NCBI GenBank assembly: GCA_038087875.1
Contig: JAXLNO010000709.1
Coordinates: forward strand, 124,001 to 188,000
DNA length: 64,000 nucleotides
Origin: Malacoraja senta
Taxonomy: Eukaryota
Reading direction: 5' to 3'
The notes under the pieces are model-generated. The model was not told the origin of the DNA and did not search any database. It was given only the letters and a program-made list of their open reading frames with translations. The translations under genes and the position numbers were made by a program. This document shows positions 62,827-64,000 of this stretch, piece by piece; position 1 is the stretch's first letter; each line of letters opens with the position of its first letter.

Positions 62827-63089
62827 TCTGGCAGCTTGGAGTAAGTGATAGCAACTGAACCAAGTTTAAGGATTCAAATTTAGTTAAGTCTGACAATTCA
62901 GTGCAGTCCTGCATTGCCAAAGGTGCAGTATTATGTCCAAGATAGTAAGCCAAAGCCAAGAGGACATAAATGATTCACTATTTCTGCAGGCAGAGAGAGT
63001 TCTCCCAATTTGCTGGCAAATGTTCTTCCCTCATACCTGACTGACAACAACAGATTAACTTGAATTCACTCATTTGCTGGGCCTTATGT

Positions 63090-64000
63090 CCAAAGTAGCC
63101 AGAAAAAGCAGCCTACCAGTGGACTGGGAGAAATTCAGAGTCCAGCCGAGGACAAAGGGCTTAATTAGGAAAGGGAAAATAGATTATGAAAGAAAACTGG
63201 CAGGGAACATAAAAACTGACAGCAAAAGCTTTTATAGATATGTGAAGAGAAAAAGATTAGTTAAAACAAATGTAGGTCCCTTGCAGTCAGAAACAGGTGA
63301 ATTGATCATGGGGAACAAGGACATGGCAGACCAATTGAATAACTACTTTGGTTCTGTCTTCACTAAGGGAGACATAAATAATCTGCCGGAAATAGCAGGG
63401 GACCGGGGGTCAAATGACATGGAGGAACTGAGTGAAATCCAGGTTAGCCGGGAAGTGGTGTTAGGTAAATTGAATGGATTAAAGGCCGATAAATCCCCTG
63501 GGCCAGATAGGCTGCATCCCAGAGTACTTAAGGAAGCAGCCCCAGAAATAGTGGATGCATTAGTGATAATTTTTCAAAACTCTTTTGATTCTGGAGTAGT
63601 TCCTGAGGATTGGAGGGTAGCTAATGTAAACCCACTCTTTAAAAAGGGAGGGAGAGAGAAAACGGGGAATTACAGACCAGTTAGTCTAACGTCAGTAGTG
63701 GAGAAACTGCTAGAATCAGTTATTAAAGATTGGATAGCAGCACATTTGGAAAGTGGTGAAATCATTGGTAAAGTCAGCATGGATTTATGAAAGGTAAATC
63801 ATGTCTGACGAATCTTATAGAATTTTTCGAGAATGTAACTAGTAGAGTGGATAAGGGAGAACCAGTGGATGTGTTATATCTGGACTTTCAGAAGGCTTTC
63901 GACAAGGTCCCACATAAGAGATAAGTATACAAACTTGAAGCACACGGTATTGGGGGTTCAGTATTGATGTGGATAGAGAACTGGCTGGCAGACAGGAAGC
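63090..64000 (+). mobile_element. CR1 LINE ORF2 (linker + RT start), runs off the window edge
   Basis: KSFYRYVKRKR, KSPGPDRLHPRVLKE, PEDWRVANV, NYRPVSLTS; after a frameshift KGKSCLTNL and [13 protein letters not shown]. Confidence 0.95.

Overview
Vertebrate genomic DNA, most likely from a cartilaginous fish such as a skate or ray. This is inferred from the HE1/V-SINE-like, CR1, Penelope and Rex1 repeat content. The window appears to lie inside the + strand gene XRCC4 (non-homologous end joining). Three phase-compatible internal coding exons are present (32083-32249, 40654-40806, 47208-47338); I found neither the start nor the stop exon. The rest is intron filled with transposable elements: many CR1 LINE 3' fragments, tRNA-derived V-SINEs, a decayed full-length Tc1 (DD34E), a near-full-length Rex1/Babar LINE, truncated L1 and Vingi-like LINEs with TSDs, Penelope (RT and GIY-YIG) relics, and non-autonomous Harbinger-, hAT-, Academ- and Helitron-like elements. 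Most ORFs in the supplied track are TE fragments or spurious. The most interesting signal is a family of about 14 short (100-320 bp), often hairpin-shaped elements derived from the Penelope terminal repeat. They carry a minimal hammerhead-ribozyme-like core (CUGAnGA..GAAAC-GUC), and several have their own 10-15 bp TSDs. There are also locally templated insertions that resemble polymerase-theta-type repair scars, and several multi-layer nested insertions. All family assignments come from motif recognition by eye, not database searches.
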